DNA from: Podarcis tiliguerta
Lineage: Eukaryota
DNA length: 64,000 nucleotides
Strand: one strand, 5' to 3'
Assembly (NCBI GenBank): GCA_965153285.1
Contig: OZ229111.1
Positions 22,801 through 35,790 of the stretch are shown in pieces. Made by a program: the position numbers and the translations under genes. The notes below the pieces were generated by a model. It did not search any database. It saw only the letters and a program-made list of their open reading frames with translations, and was not told the origin of the DNA. The number at the start of each line of letters is the position of its first letter. Position 1 is the first letter of the stretch.

Positions 22801-23689
22801 CAGTACAGTACAGTAAATACGGCTTGAATTGCGCTCTTTGAAGCGGCATTTTATGAGGACAGTTTATTCGTTTACTCAGGAGAATGTATAAACCGCTTAA
22901 TAATAATATAAACCCTATAAGCGGTGGACATAAAAACAAAAAGACTGTTATCAATGAAAAACAGATAAAATAAGCAAATGTTCACACACATACACACATA
23001 CATATACAGTATATATGTGCTTGGATAGGCTTTCACATATTAGCGTATGTTACACAGTTACTAAGTTCAGTGCTGGGGTAATTTATTTTGGAAGGTGGCT
23101 TTTGGGGGAAGATTTTAGTCACACAAAACAACCCTCACTCTCAAATCTTGCCCCACCCCATTCTAACTGGGCAATGGCAGGTTCTGCTCCTGCACACAGG
23201 TTTTTTGTGTGCTTTCCTGACTGCTAAAGGATCCTTGAGAATCCTCTGCTTGAGACTGTGGAAAGCTATGCAGAACGAACAGTTTTGGACAGCAGACCAA
23301 TGGCCTGAATGAGCATAAAGACAGCTTTATAGAAAGTAGGGTTATGCCACAATCTGTCAACCTTTAACATGGTGCAAAACTCACTACTGTTGCTGCTTTG
23401 GTGCCACTAACACGGCTACTGGAGTGCGTCACTGAAGTACTGTGGACTGTTCTTTCAATCCCAGGAAAGGCTGGCAGTGAAGCTGAATCAAGAGGAGGAG
23501 GAAGGAAGGCATGTTAAGTATTTGTGTAGGAGGAGGGAAAAAGAACTTCCCAGAGATGTCTGCTTTGTTAAAGGCCAACTAGACATTGCAGTCCTTCAGC
23601 TGGCACAGTAATTTGCACCTCTGAAACCCAAAGCACCCTGTTTCAAAGATGATGAGATACATTAGACTACTGCAATGCACTTTGCATGG

Positions 23690-24080
23690 GGCTACACTCG
23701 AAAAAGTGTCTGGAAACAACTTTAGCGCAGATTGCCACTGCCTGGCTGTTGTATGGAATAGTAAGTGGGGAATCGTATCAACCCCATTCTCAGAGCTGGC
23801 TGTTGGTTAAAGGGATCATGACTAGTGTACAACGCTCTACATTACTTGGGACTAAAGTACTTGAAGGAGTAAAATCCAGCCCAGAGTTTGCAATCCGAGG
23901 AAGAGGCCCTGTTCAATATCCCATCTGTGAGAGTGACAAGGAGGATAGCAGAATGAGCAGGGTGCTCCTGATGGCGATGTCCTGTTTATGGAACCCCCTC
24001 CCAGGGGAAACCAGGCAAGCCCACACTCTGGTCACAATCACATGAATTTTAAAAACTCTTTTTATTTGCCCAGACCTTTC
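23690..24080 (+). mobile_element. Degraded L2-type LINE 3' fragment
   Basis: Degenerate RT C-terminal motifs (..TTATGGAACCCCCTCCC..GGAAACCAGGCAAGC..TTTAAAAACTCTTTTTATTT) followed by a T-rich tail. Confidence 0.45.
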
Positions 24081-24973
24081 AGAGGTAGTTTTATGATACA
24101 TTTTTGCATTGAAAGTATTAACAGATGTCGTTTAATGCTGTTTTGATTTTTGTTTTAACTTTTATTATGATTCATATTTTTATGCCATTAGTTGTCTTGG
24201 GCTCCCTTTTGGGAGGAAGAACTGACTATAAATTTGATGAAGTAAAATTACACTTCATTCCCAGTTAACGAAACACTACTTATTAGAACATCATATGTAA
24301 TAAATGGGGACCCTGTTCCATCTAGGACAGGGTTGAAGAACCCCAGGAGCAGAACATGGCCCTCTAAGCCTGTCTGGTCCTTGTGATTCTCCTAAGGCTA
24401 CAACCCCTTCCCAGCCACAACTGTGCCAGCTTTGCATCCCCATTGAGTGGTTTTGCTTGGCTGGAATGTGTCCTTGAACTCGTGATGATCATGAGCACAA
24501 CCAGGATTTTTGTTAGGGGGGCAGACTTTTGTTAGGTGGCACAACCTCATATTTTTATTGAATTGTAGTGATCGGGGCAACTGCGCCCCCTTCCCCCCTT
24601 GGCTATGACCATGCTGATAACGCATCTTGCTCGCTTAGATGGAAGACAGAAGTGTGTGTGTATGATTGTGCGTAGAAACTAGCCTGTGGTAAAAAGACTA
24701 TGTTTACATTCATTGCTCTACCCCATTTGCCTCTGCCCCTCATCTAGCACTGTTGTGTGTGCCCCTGCCCTGCCAAGTTTCCCAGAAGGGAACGTGCCTC
24801 TGCAGCTGAAAATGGTTCTCCGCCTCTGATCTAGGAGTTGATGGTTTTAAGAAGCATCATTTACCGCAGTTTTGCCAAGCGGGTGAGAAATGGGTGCCAT
24901 GTGCACAAGTTCCCATGCTGATTTAGCAGCCAGGGCTTTTTTCTTGTTTTCTTTTGAAGCTGACAAAAAAAAT

Positions 24974-25578
24974 TGTCCTGAACCCCTGGCCTACCTGGCA
25001 GCAAGTCAGTATGTCAAGCCCAAGGTCCAGAGGTCAGGAAATGCAGTCCAAGGCCAATCCAAGTAGGCCAAGTCTGAAGTCCAGCAGTCAGGATACAGTC
25101 CAGAGTCAAAGCACAATCCCAGAGGCCCATCAACATGGGCAGCTGAGCAGACACAACACTTCGGCTCTGCTTGCTTTTTGTACTTTACATGCTGATTGCA
25201 GCATCTGGCTTGATGAGGCATACGACCCTCACCTGTTCCAAGCCTATTCCAACTGATGAATAACAAACCTCCTCCCAGAGCTAGCGAGCCCCACCTGGCA
25301 GCCCTTGCCTGCCTCAGCCTCCTGGAGTGCCACTCCTGCTGCTCCCTATGCCTCAGAGCCCACCGTGTTCGTGGAGACTGGAGCCCCTCTGGCTTTGGCA
25401 ATGGGTTCTGCTGCTCTGGTTCCTGTGCATTGACTTCCATGCCTTCAGCATCCTCCATCACCCTGTGAGTACTTACTTACTTACTTCCCCATCCCCTGCT
25501 TGCCCTGGTGTGTCCCAGCCCCAGCTACATCCCTTACCAGGATCCTCTTCTTCCGCCTTGTCCTGCCAGTTTATGACA
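24974..25578. mobile_element. Solo LTR (Gypsy-like)
   Basis: Termini TGTCCTGAAC...GTTTATGACA (imperfect inverted repeat), 5-bp TSD AAAAT at 24969-24973 and 25579-25583, internal AGTCCA-rich repeats. Confidence 0.6.
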
Positions 25579-27836
25579 AAAATGTTCAAAAGGGGGTGTG
25601 AGGGCTAACTTTAGTCCCCTTCCTTACCAAACCAGCTCTGCAGCTCCCCCCCCCCCTTTTAAAGGAAACTGTTGGAATAGAACTCATTTCTTAAATAAGC
25701 TTAAAAACATGCTGAATGGATGGTGACTGTGGTTGATGGCAACCACTAGGTTAAAGATGTTGCTGTAAATTTTCAAAGTGCTTACCCTTCTACTGTAGGC
25801 ACATTTCAGTCCAGTAGTCAAATCAGTTATTTATGGAGGCTCTGAAGGGTGGAATGGAAGGGAGTGTAGCCTGTTCTTATACTTTCTGGGTGGCATGAAC
25901 TGTCATTAGTGTGAGATGATGATGATGATTTTATTTATTATTATTTATATTAAATTTATATCCTGCCTGTCCTCCCAAACGAACCCAGGATGGCAAACAA
26001 CAAGTGATAAAACAGTAAGAATGTTTTCAAAACAATTCCAGTACAGATGCAGACTGGGAAAGACCTCCACTTAAAGGCTTGTTGAAAAAGGAAAGTCAGG
26101 CACCAAAGAGACAACAATGACTACACCTGTCTAATAACCAAGGGGAAGGAATTCCAGTGGGAGTTGAATTTGATTGCTAAGTGCAGTACCAGGCTTTCTC
26201 AAAAGAGGTCACCCTTTTACCAAAGATGTCACTGCAGGGATTAATTCCAGAGGTGCTAAGTCTGTTGCAGCAAAAACAGCAAAGAGTTTTCTGGCACTGT
26301 GAAAACTAACAAATGTATATTGGTGCAAGTGTGTATGGGCCAAAGCCCAGTTCCTCAGATGTATAACCTCATTGGATAGGTAGGTTTCCTCAAACAGCAA
26401 GTGGAGATACAAAGTGAGACCCAAGTGCTAACCTCTCTTCTCTCTTTGATGATTACTGGTAGCGGAGTAAGATAGTCTTCCATGAACAGTCTTAACAGTG
26501 AATCCGTAAGTGACTGTGGAGGCCAGTTCTGGATCCACATGTCCTTCCACAGTGGGGACATAGGTTTCCGGGCAGGAGTTGATCATGCTGAGAGTTTGCC
26601 AAATATGCCTTCCTCTTAGCTTGTTTCTCCTTTTCGTCCTGAGTTCGGGCTTCTTCAAAGCCCACAATACCTTTGGTAAAGGCTGTTCTCCAGTTGAAGC
26701 ACTCACAGGCAAGTGTTTCCCAGCTATCAGTGCTTATACTACATTCTCTCCCCCCCCCCCCAAATTTGCCTTGAGAGCATCTTTAAACCTCTTTTGTTGT
26801 CCATCAGTATTTCGCTTCCCATTCTTAAGTTGGGTAGAGTAGTTGCTTTGGAACATGATAATCAGGCATCTGAAAAACTTTCATCTGGTTTATGAATAGA
26901 CAAAGCTGTATCATTAGTGTGCAGAAATACCAAAAGAGTGACAATTACTTTCTGAAGTGAGCTAAATCACTCCTGTTCTTGTGCTAGGAGTAAGCCTACT
27001 TTCATAAAGACTTCCATATATCCAAAAACTTGACGTTGGTGGCAGTGCAGGGCATCTACTTACTTCTGGGTGCAAATTGCTTCCCATATGCAAAGGAATA
27101 CACATGGGTATAGCCTTACTTTTTTGCAGTTCAGTGATTTTTCAGTTTGGCAGTTAGTAGCTTTCCAATAATTCGTGTCTATCACGTCATTTTATTGTTT
27201 TATTTGGTTACAATGTGGCCTGTGATGTTATTCACCTTGATATTGTACTGTTGGATAAAGTTTATTTCCCCACCTGCACTTGAACAAAGCCAGCTCACAC
27301 ATGCATGTATCTATCATGTGACTGATTAGCATTCAGCCAATCACAGTTTAATATATCAACTGACTCTACTGAAAAGCAGTGTGTTTGAAGAAATGTAAAG
27401 TGGTATGAAAGTCCTGTCTGTGGCGATTGATCTATAATGACTCATGCATACATGCCAAATAGTCTGAAGCTGTTGTTGAGCAAAGAAGATTCATGTGTGA
27501 AGTACATTTTAAGCTTAATATTTAGCTTTTGTTAATTTGGTCGTATCCACTTTAGAACACTTATCATCCTGATTCAGCTATCCTCCTCTTCTTGTGGTAG
27601 GGCACGAGTGGGGAATCTGTGGTTGAATTTACACCCATAAGCCACAGCCAGCAGGAATGGTCAAGGATGATGGGAGTTGTAGTCCAACAACATTATGAGA
27701 GCCATTGTGCTCCAGATGTTGTTGGACTGCAACTCCCATCACCCCTGACCATTGGGCCATGCTCCTGGAGCTGCTGGGAGTTGGAGGTCAACAATATAGT
27801 ACTACAGTTTTCCCATTCCTCACTTAAAGGATCCTG

Positions 27837-27841
27837 ATACA

Positions 27842-27875
<34 letters not shown>

Positions 27876-27903
27876 CATACATACATACATACATACATAC
27901 ATA
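27837..27903. repeat. (ATAC)n microsatellite
   Basis: About 16 ATAC units ending at the TA target site of the adjacent MITE. Confidence 0.95.
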
Positions 27904-28145
27904 CAGTGGTACCTCGGGTTAAGTACTTAATTCGTTCCGGAGGTCTGTACTTAACCTGAAACTGTTCTTAACCTGAAGCACCACTTTAGCTAATGGGGCC
28001 TCCTGCCGCCGCCGCGCCGCTGGAGCACGATTTCTGTTCTCATCCTGAAGCAAAGTTCTTAACCTGAAGCACTATTTCTGGGTTAGCGGAGTCTGTAACC
28101 TGAAGTGTATGTAACCTGAAGCGTATGTATCCCGAGGTACCACTG
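27904..28145. mobile_element. Tc1/mariner (Tigger/pogo-like) MITE
   Basis: TIRs CAGTGGTACCTCGGG...CCCGAGGTACCACTG, TA TSDs, internal TAACCTGAAG repeats. Confidence 0.9.
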
Positions 28146-29740
28146 TACAAAAAAAGAGCAAATCCACATTCAGTGCATAGAAAATAGTACAGGATTCCTC
28201 TTTGTGCAGATTAAAGAAATGCCATGCAAACCAACAGAGTGGATTTATAGATCTGTTATCATATTTCATGGTGTCATGTGTGCAGAAACAGACATGCTGT
28301 TATTTAGCTTCTCTCAAAACAGCCACCCATATGTTAATGCACATTAAAGTATTTTTTTTTCTTCACTTTTCTTAAAAACAATTTTTATGTGTTGTATTTA
28401 ATTTTTTAAAAAGCATCCTAGGCAGTGCATTTGGTTTAAGCCTAGTCTTGTAGGCCCATTAACCACATTCTCCCCATATGAAGCTGCCCTATTCTGTCAG
28501 GCCATTGGTCTACTTAGCACTGTTTACTTTGCTTAGCAGCGGCTCTCCACATCCCATGCAGCATTCTTCCCTCCCCTCTGATTCCTGCTAGGAGAGATAC
28601 TTTAACTGGATATGGTGGGCATTGTTCCTGGGATGTTCTGCATGAAAAGCATTTGCTCTCCTGCTGAGCTATGCCTCCTCACTTATTATTGGAGTGGATC
28701 TGCGGGAAATGTAACCGTCCAGAATCAAGTGGTAAAAGTCCTCTGGCATCTTCAGCAAAGCTTTAGTCATTGATTTTCATTGGGAAAGATCTCCAATATC
28801 ACGACTGAGAAAGACCTCTGCCCAAGATGTTCCGAGTCAGAGTAAAGAGAATGCTTCTAGATGGCCCAATGAACCATTTCATTAGAAGCCAACTTTGTAT
28901 GTTTATATTGATTACAGAGTTCTTTGTAAAAGTGCATCTGTCTTTCACTGCCTAATTGAAACATCCCTATAGTCAACCAGAAAATTAAATTAAATGAGAG
29001 AGGACTAGGCTTTTCAGACCTGGAAAATATATCTTACACACTACAGCGGTCCAGAGATCTAAAAGGTAACCAAACAGTAGTTTTATTAAGAATGCAATGA
29101 AACAGCTTCCTTGTCTGAAAATGGAAGGAGCTTAAGTGCAGAAGAATATGTGGTAGTGCAAAGCATTATACAGTATTCATTCTGCCATTGCTCCATATTA
29201 ATCCTTCAAACTGTCCTATATTTAGAACAACTCTAAACTTAACAACAATTCTAGATAAATTATGGCTCGCTTCTATTGCATGTAAGTGTAATATCTGATT
29301 TGTTACTATGCCTCTTGAAGAGTAAGCCTCTCCTTGTCACTTTGGGGTATTCATCTGCCATCTCTGGTTTGTACATGTTAAGAGATCTGACTAGAAATGT
29401 TCTTCTCCTGGTCTCTAATTTTTATCATTAGTCCTGTTGATTTAAATTATTTGGAGGAAACCAATCCATTCTTATAACTTGTGCTCTTTCAAGATTTGCA
29501 GCACCTATACAGGTCTACCCAGAAAAGACCTGTTGTTTTCAATAGGGCTTATTCCCAGGTAAATAAATATAGGATTTCAACTTTAGGCTGTAATCTTATA
29601 CATTCATCTGGGAGTAAACCCCATTTAATTTAATGGGATAAATTTCTGAGTAGACATAGAAGTGTGCTGATCATCTAGTTGCAAACTCTGTTGGAATTAT
29701 TGACAGCTGAGATGTTATAAAATAGTTCAGCGATGGCAAT

Positions 29741-29819
29741 TCATAGAATCATAGAACTGTAGAGTTAGAAGGGATCCTGGGGGTAATCTAGTGTAACCCC
29801 TTGCAATGTAGGAATCTCA
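29741..29819 (-). mobile_element. CR1 LINE 3' end fragment
   Basis: CATAGAATCATAGAA..AGAGTTAGAAGGGATCC; reads as the (ATTCTATG)n CR1 tail on the minus strand. Confidence 0.7.
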
Positions 29820-31376
29820 ACACACGGTCCTCCCATCCAATTTGACACCATACCAGGCCCTGCTTAGCTTTGCAAATGTGCTAGCAAGTTTATTGCTGCA
29901 CCAAATGAAGATTCTGGATCAGGCCAGATGAGCAAAGAAGGTTACAAGAGGGTGCACATCCAGCACCCAGAATTGCCCATTTATCAATCTGGACCTTAGA
30001 CATACTGCCAGACATATAGTCTGTGACATCAGCTGTCATACCACCTATCATCACTTGAATGAGCTCAGGTGCTGTGTTTCTGCCTTAGTAGGTAAACAAT
30101 TTTGAACCCAGCCTTCTATAGGTTTTGGGTTACAACGCCCAGCCAGCACAGCCAATGGGCAGGGATGATGGGAGTTGTAGTTCAAAACCTTTGGAGGGTA
30201 CCAGGTTGCAGAAGGCTGGTCTAAGCTCATATAGGGGCCATGAGTTTGGCATAATTTTTTACACTCAATAGCCACTGTGCAGCCTGCTACTGTGTACAGG
30301 CTGTGTTAGACCAAGGCCAGACCCTCTTGTTTTTCTACTGTACAAATCTTCATCTCTTACTTTTCTAAATAAATAAATAAATGGTTGGATTGGAGCATGT
30401 ATGTCCATTAGGTTCAACGTGGAGCTAAACATCTCTTTCATATAATTCGACAGGGCCTAAATTTGCTTAACTTTGTTTGGTTCATGCCCCTTGTTAGTGC
30501 AGGGGTAAGATGCATACAAAGAGTAGACTGGGGGCTTGGCAGAGCTGTTGGGAATTGGCACTGGATTGCAACAGCTGCTGTGTAGGATTCTGGCCTGATT
30601 TGCAGAAAGAGCTTAGGGGAAAGACATACTTGTTAGGAACCCCTTGCTTGTCTTTCCAAGCCCATTCATTGGAGCAGTGTTTGCAACAAATGTTGGGTTC
30701 CCAATGCCAGAGGGTAATCCTTTCCCACCAAGCTCAGAGCTTCCCAGAGATGGATCTCAGACACAGCTCTGTTGTCAGGGATCAGCTGGAGAACAGCTGC
30801 CCGTAGAACAATCTTCTCAGTGTGGGTAGCAGACAGCAGGCCAAACGGGTAAACCCAGGAGGAGACCCACCCCAGAAAACCTGGCCAGGAGCCTTGACTG
30901 CAATGCTATCTTTCCATTCCCGCTCATCACCCTGCCGAACTTCCCATACAATATGGCCTCTCCTGACACACCCATGTCTTTTCTAAATTGCCACTTGCCA
31001 GATCCAGCTCATCAAAGATAGCCTCTCTACTGGACTGTTACACCAAATTGAAAGGCTGAACACCCGTCATTCCCACACACCATCCTATCACTCCTCCATT
31101 GAGGCCCTGATCAACGGGGGAAGGACCTGTTGCCCCAGGTGTTGCTGGTCTCGGGTCCCCACTTTGGCTAAGCTGGCTGGGGCTGTTGGGAGTTGTAACC
31201 CATCAACTGTTAATCAATGATACCTTTTTGTTGTTGGCATTTATGGAGCAGAATTAAGGTAGCCTATAGCCTATCATACTTCTACCATAAAGCTCATGTC
31301 ATCCATAGCAATGTTAAGCATTGTGTACTGCAGCTGTATGGAGAAAACTGGCCTGAATGACATTCACATAGACATA

Positions 31377-31606
31377 AGTGGTACCTTGGGTTAAGAATGG
31401 AGGTCCATTCTTAACCTGAAACTGTTTTTAACCTGAGACACCACTTTAGCTAATGGGGCCTCCCGCTGCTGCCATACCGCCACCAAGCAATTTCTGTTCT
31501 CATCCTGAAGCAAAGTTCTTAACCTGAGGTACTATTTATGGGTTAGTGGAGTCTGTAACCTGAAGTTGTCTGTAACCTGAAGCGCCTGTAACCCAAGGTA
31601 CCACTG
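31377..31606. mobile_element. Second, more diverged copy of the 27904 MITE family
   Basis: AGTGGTACCTTGGGTT...AACCCAAGGTACCACTG-TA; internal sequence aligns by eye with 27904-28145. Confidence 0.88.
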
Positions 31607-34600
31607 TATTTGAATAATGTGTGAGATGACTTCTGTGAAGTATGGTGTTGCTTTATGGTGCACAGACTACCATGGAAGGATATCCTGGGCTTGATAACCA
31701 AAGAAAACGGAGGCTAAGTATGGAACATGCATGATGTCCATTCATATGAAAATATGTGTAATGATGTGATGGCTGCTGTGGCTGCTCCTCATTGGTTTTC
31801 AGCAGTGTAGTTTCCTGAAAAATACTAGACTCATCATTTAACATAAATAGAAATTGTGTCTGGGAAATCTTTTTTAAAAGTTAAAAACAAAACCAGTCTT
31901 GGCTTATTCAAAAGAATATTGTGAGGATGTATGACTAGCAGATTACTTAACCCTGAAAGCAGATTGCTAGTCAGCTTGGTGAAAAAAGGAAATGGATCCA
32001 AGGGAGAGATACTATAGCTGAACAGAAAGAAACATACTGTACTTCCTTTAAGAATGAGATTTCTACCTATTGGACTCATATTAAATAGGCTAACAGTGTT
32101 TAATTCTAAGGTGTAGAACTGAGACACACTATAGGAATCTCTATTATGATCCTAACTTGATGACACATAGTTCAACTTGACACTTAGAAATACACAGTGA
32201 GTGAAACGTTTCTGCCTTTTACTGTGCATTAAGCCCACATTCCTACACACACTTACCTGGGAGTCTCATCAAATGCATTGGGAATTAGTTCAGAGTAGAC
32301 ATTCACAGGATTACACAGTCAGGCTTGTTGATCATAAGATTTCTGATACTTACTTGAGAGTAGGCCATTTTTCTCAGTGGGGTTTACTGCCAAGTAAATG
32401 TGCATAATACTGGGCTGCATGCAGAACAGTTGATCAACTACAGTCTTAAAGACTAGCCATGTACAAACCTTCACTTCAAGGTAATGACTGTAAAAATGGT
32501 TTCCTCAGCAAGGCTGCGTTTAGTCCAGTGCTCCTGACAAAGCAGGCCATGATGGAGATCACCTGCCCCTTCTCATATGGCCCCAGCAGTTGGTAGCCAA
32601 AAGATATGCTGCCTTTGGATGTGGAATATGGGGACATCCATTGTGGGACAGATCTACCCACTATGAATTTGCCAAATACTTTTTAAAAAGTCACTCAGTT
32701 TTACTGTTCTTGAGTAAGTAGCAGAAGTTTAATCTATTGACTCAGCTCCTTCCTATGCAGCCAGCAATTCTGTGCTCCTAATTCTTCCTAAACTCCTAGT
32801 TTAACTGTTGGCATCATGGGCCACTCCCTGCCCGACTCCTCTTGCACCTGCCCTTTATCCAGGCTCTGCTTGGCAATTTGCTGTCTGGCTTGTGCCTCTT
32901 TTATAGCTACACTCTAAGGAGTGGGGAAGCCAAGATGGGGAGAGTGGGGGCGGGGGCAGAGAGGGAAAAGACAGGAACTTGGCTCTGCTTCAGTTGTGTG
33001 GTTCAAAGGCAAATATTTCTGCTGGGCAAGGGAAGCCTCTTCTGCTCTTGAAGAATGCCGACAAGGCGGGGGGGGGGGGGAATACCCAGGCCTTTCACAA
33101 CAAAGCAGCTCAGGCTGCTCCTCTGTGCCCTTGCAGTCACGGCAGGAGGCAGAGTTTTTAAAAGGTCTGCCACTGAACTTTGGAGAGAGGCTCGGATGGA
33201 ACCAAAAATAGGGAAGGCCTAACAGTGACCGTGATGGGCATACAGAGCTGTTGAGCTGCCATCCCATAATCTTGCAGAAAGCTCCCGAGGGAGTTGGTAA
33301 TTTCCCTGCACCCCCTTTGCCTGATCATGAGAGACAGGTAGAGCACAAGCTGACTGTTCTCCCAGTATTCATAATCACATCAAGGAAGTAGGTTAGTGGA
33401 AGCTGTCACTGGCTGCAGAGACACAATTTGGGATGACATGTACAGAGCGGCAGATGCGGCAGGGAAGCGAACAGGCGTCCGCAGCACACGGGAGGTCAAC
33501 ACTGCCTTATCAGACCACAGGAGAGGGATCGTCAGCCAACAGCAGCTCAGGGCAAAAGCGCTCCAGAAAAACTCCCCAAGGCCACGCTTGAACTTCCTGG
33601 GAAGCAATGCTCCCCCAAGGAAGGCAGAGCTCAGTGTGATGGCGGAGGCAGCGAAGCAAAACCCAGCACTGAAGCCTTCTGTGCCTCGCCCTCGAATTAC
33701 AGCAAATGCTGCTGGAGTCAAGTTACAAAATATAAAATTTGCTCCACCCACGAAGGCTAAAAATTGCTTGTTTGTCCCCAGCGAGTTTGGGGCAGGCTTG
33801 ATGCTGGGCCTCTCAAATGAAATATGTATTATTATTATTTTTAAAAAGAAGAAATAATGAGTGGCCTGGGGTGAGGTGAGGAGCTCCTGAGCAAGTTTCC
33901 CTTTAAATGTAGCTAGTCTGGATAAGGGAGGGAGCCATGTGATGTGGGTAAACTTCTGCTGTTCAGAGAGCCATAAATAGGGAAGGCCTTTTACAGAACC
34001 TTCCCTTCTCCCATCCTGGCAGAGTTTAAAATAGATGGGATGGGCTTAATGACTGCTTGTAAGCTTGCCAAAGCGAGGCCTGGAGCAAAAAAGCTTTGGA
34101 GCAGCAACAGGGACTGGGAGGGAGGGAGGGAGCACACAGCCTAGCCGTGCTTTCCTGGCCTTCTGCAGCAGGAAAGCTAACAAGGCTGGGCTGGGAATCT
34201 TATCAGAGGCGCCATGTGCTCCCCTTTCTCTTTCTGCAGGCACGCACATACACAAGACTAGCAAACGGCACAGACTCCCAAAGAAAGAAGGGGGGGGGGA
34301 GAAGCTGCTCTGACAGTAGTGGGTACGGCTGGCGGTGGAACACATGGAGGCCTGCCACTCAGCCTCTTCAGAGGAGATGCTAGAAAGCTTTTAAGCATCC
34401 ATTTTCTCATTCTCTCCACATTCTCCTTCTGAATGCGGCCTGATTAACACACGGCTGAACAATCCAATTCATAGCCTTAGGGTGCAGCAGGAGCCACACA
34501 CCAAAAATAGCAGCAGGAAAGTTTCAAACTTGCAATTGCTGAATGCAAGAAGGCAGCAGCTGCACTGGGCTGCCAATTACCCACCTTGACAGAGGCCGAT

Positions 34601-34824
34601 TTGCCTTCCAGAAAGAGAAGACAAACCACAGGCTCCATTCTATACTTCATGTCAATCAGTTGCCCAAAAGATGCATGCAAACCATCCTGGGCTTGCAACA
34701 TGCCCTAAGGTAGGACCTGTGAGTCTGCACTGCTGGAGTTAAAACAAGGCTTGTGGCAAGTTCAAGGTGAATCAATCTGTTGTTTCCAGGTGTGCGTTTT
34801 TTTCTCTGCAAGAGCCTAATGCAC

Positions 34825-34920
34825 AACAAAGAGTCTTGTGGCACCTTAAATACGTAATGTCAAATGCAATGTGGCAGATGCTTTTGTGGACTAGAGTCCA
34901 TCCACTTCATTGAATGCATG
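34825..34920 (-). mobile_element. Possible Penelope-like retroelement terminal fragment
   Basis: Minus strand reads GACTCTAGTCCACAAAAGCATC...TTAAGGTGCCACAAGACTCTTTG, recalled as typical of squamate Penelope ends. Confidence 0.35.
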
Positions 34921-35637
34921 AAGATTTTCCTGAGTGGCTGGTATAGGCACATGTTTTAACTGATTTCAAGCTTGTATTTTTCTCTTGCTGTAACCTGCCC
35001 TGGGACTTTGTGGTGAAGGGAGGATAACATACATTCTTTTTGGGGTAGTGATGATGGTAAATGATGAGGTCAGAGGAAATGCAACGCAAAGAAGTGCAAT
35101 AGTCATTCCATTACTAACAGTGATAAATCACAAAGATTGTGTAGTCCAATCTTCAATTTGTGAAGATAGTAAACATAGCCTTAAAAATGTAAATATTAAA
35201 AACTTAATTTTGTCCTACTTATGATGAAAATGGAAAAAGGATGTAGAAAATTGGAAAAATGTGACATTACATGGCTGGTCAGAATAGCAGTAAGAAAAGA
35301 AAATATCACACCCAACGGTCATGAAGATGAAAACCCCACAGACTCACTGGCCTGGGCTCCCCAGGAGGGAAGATGGAATCCTGTGTGTTCTATATAGCAG
35401 CCTTCACCAACCTGGTGCCCTCCAGGTAGGTTTGGACTACAATTCCCATAACCCCCCGTCAGCACAAGCTAGCTGTGGCTGATGGGAGTTGAAGTCCAAA
35501 TATGCCTGGAGGGCACTAGGCTGACAAAGGCCAATCTACAACATAATTGTAGAATCAATTCTGAACATTCTTCCAGACACTTAACGTGATAAAGAAATGC
35601 CTTCAGATCCATTCTCGCAGTAAGAGGGATCCTTGTG

Positions 35638-35790
35638 TGGAGAGCCAGTGAGGAGGAGTGGGAAGTGCTGGACTAGGATCTGGGAGATCAAGATTCAAAT
35701 CCCTACTCAGGGTTGTTGTGAGGACAGAATGGAGATGGGGAGAAGTGTGTACCCCACCTGGAGCGCCTTGGAGGAAAGGTGGAATATAGA
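35638..35790 (+). mobile_element. MIR-like / Squam SINE fragment
   Basis: GTGCTGGACTAGGATCTGGGAGATC..GATTCAAATCCC B-box, GGGTTGTTGTGAGGA, ..GAGCGCCTTGGAGGAAAGGTGG tail. Confidence 0.6.

Noticed and set aside
22028-22954. Other ORFs in the CpG island
   Set aside because: Expected from stop-codon scarcity in GC-rich DNA; only the frame starting at 22347 matches NICN1.
24954-25608. ORFs of 70-151 aa
   Set aside because: Lie within the solo LTR, low-complexity, no recognisable domain.
30631-31090. Possible second solo LTR (TGTTAGGA...TCCTATCA)
   Set aside because: Flanks ATACT / CTCCT do not form a TSD; cannot be supported without a repeat library.
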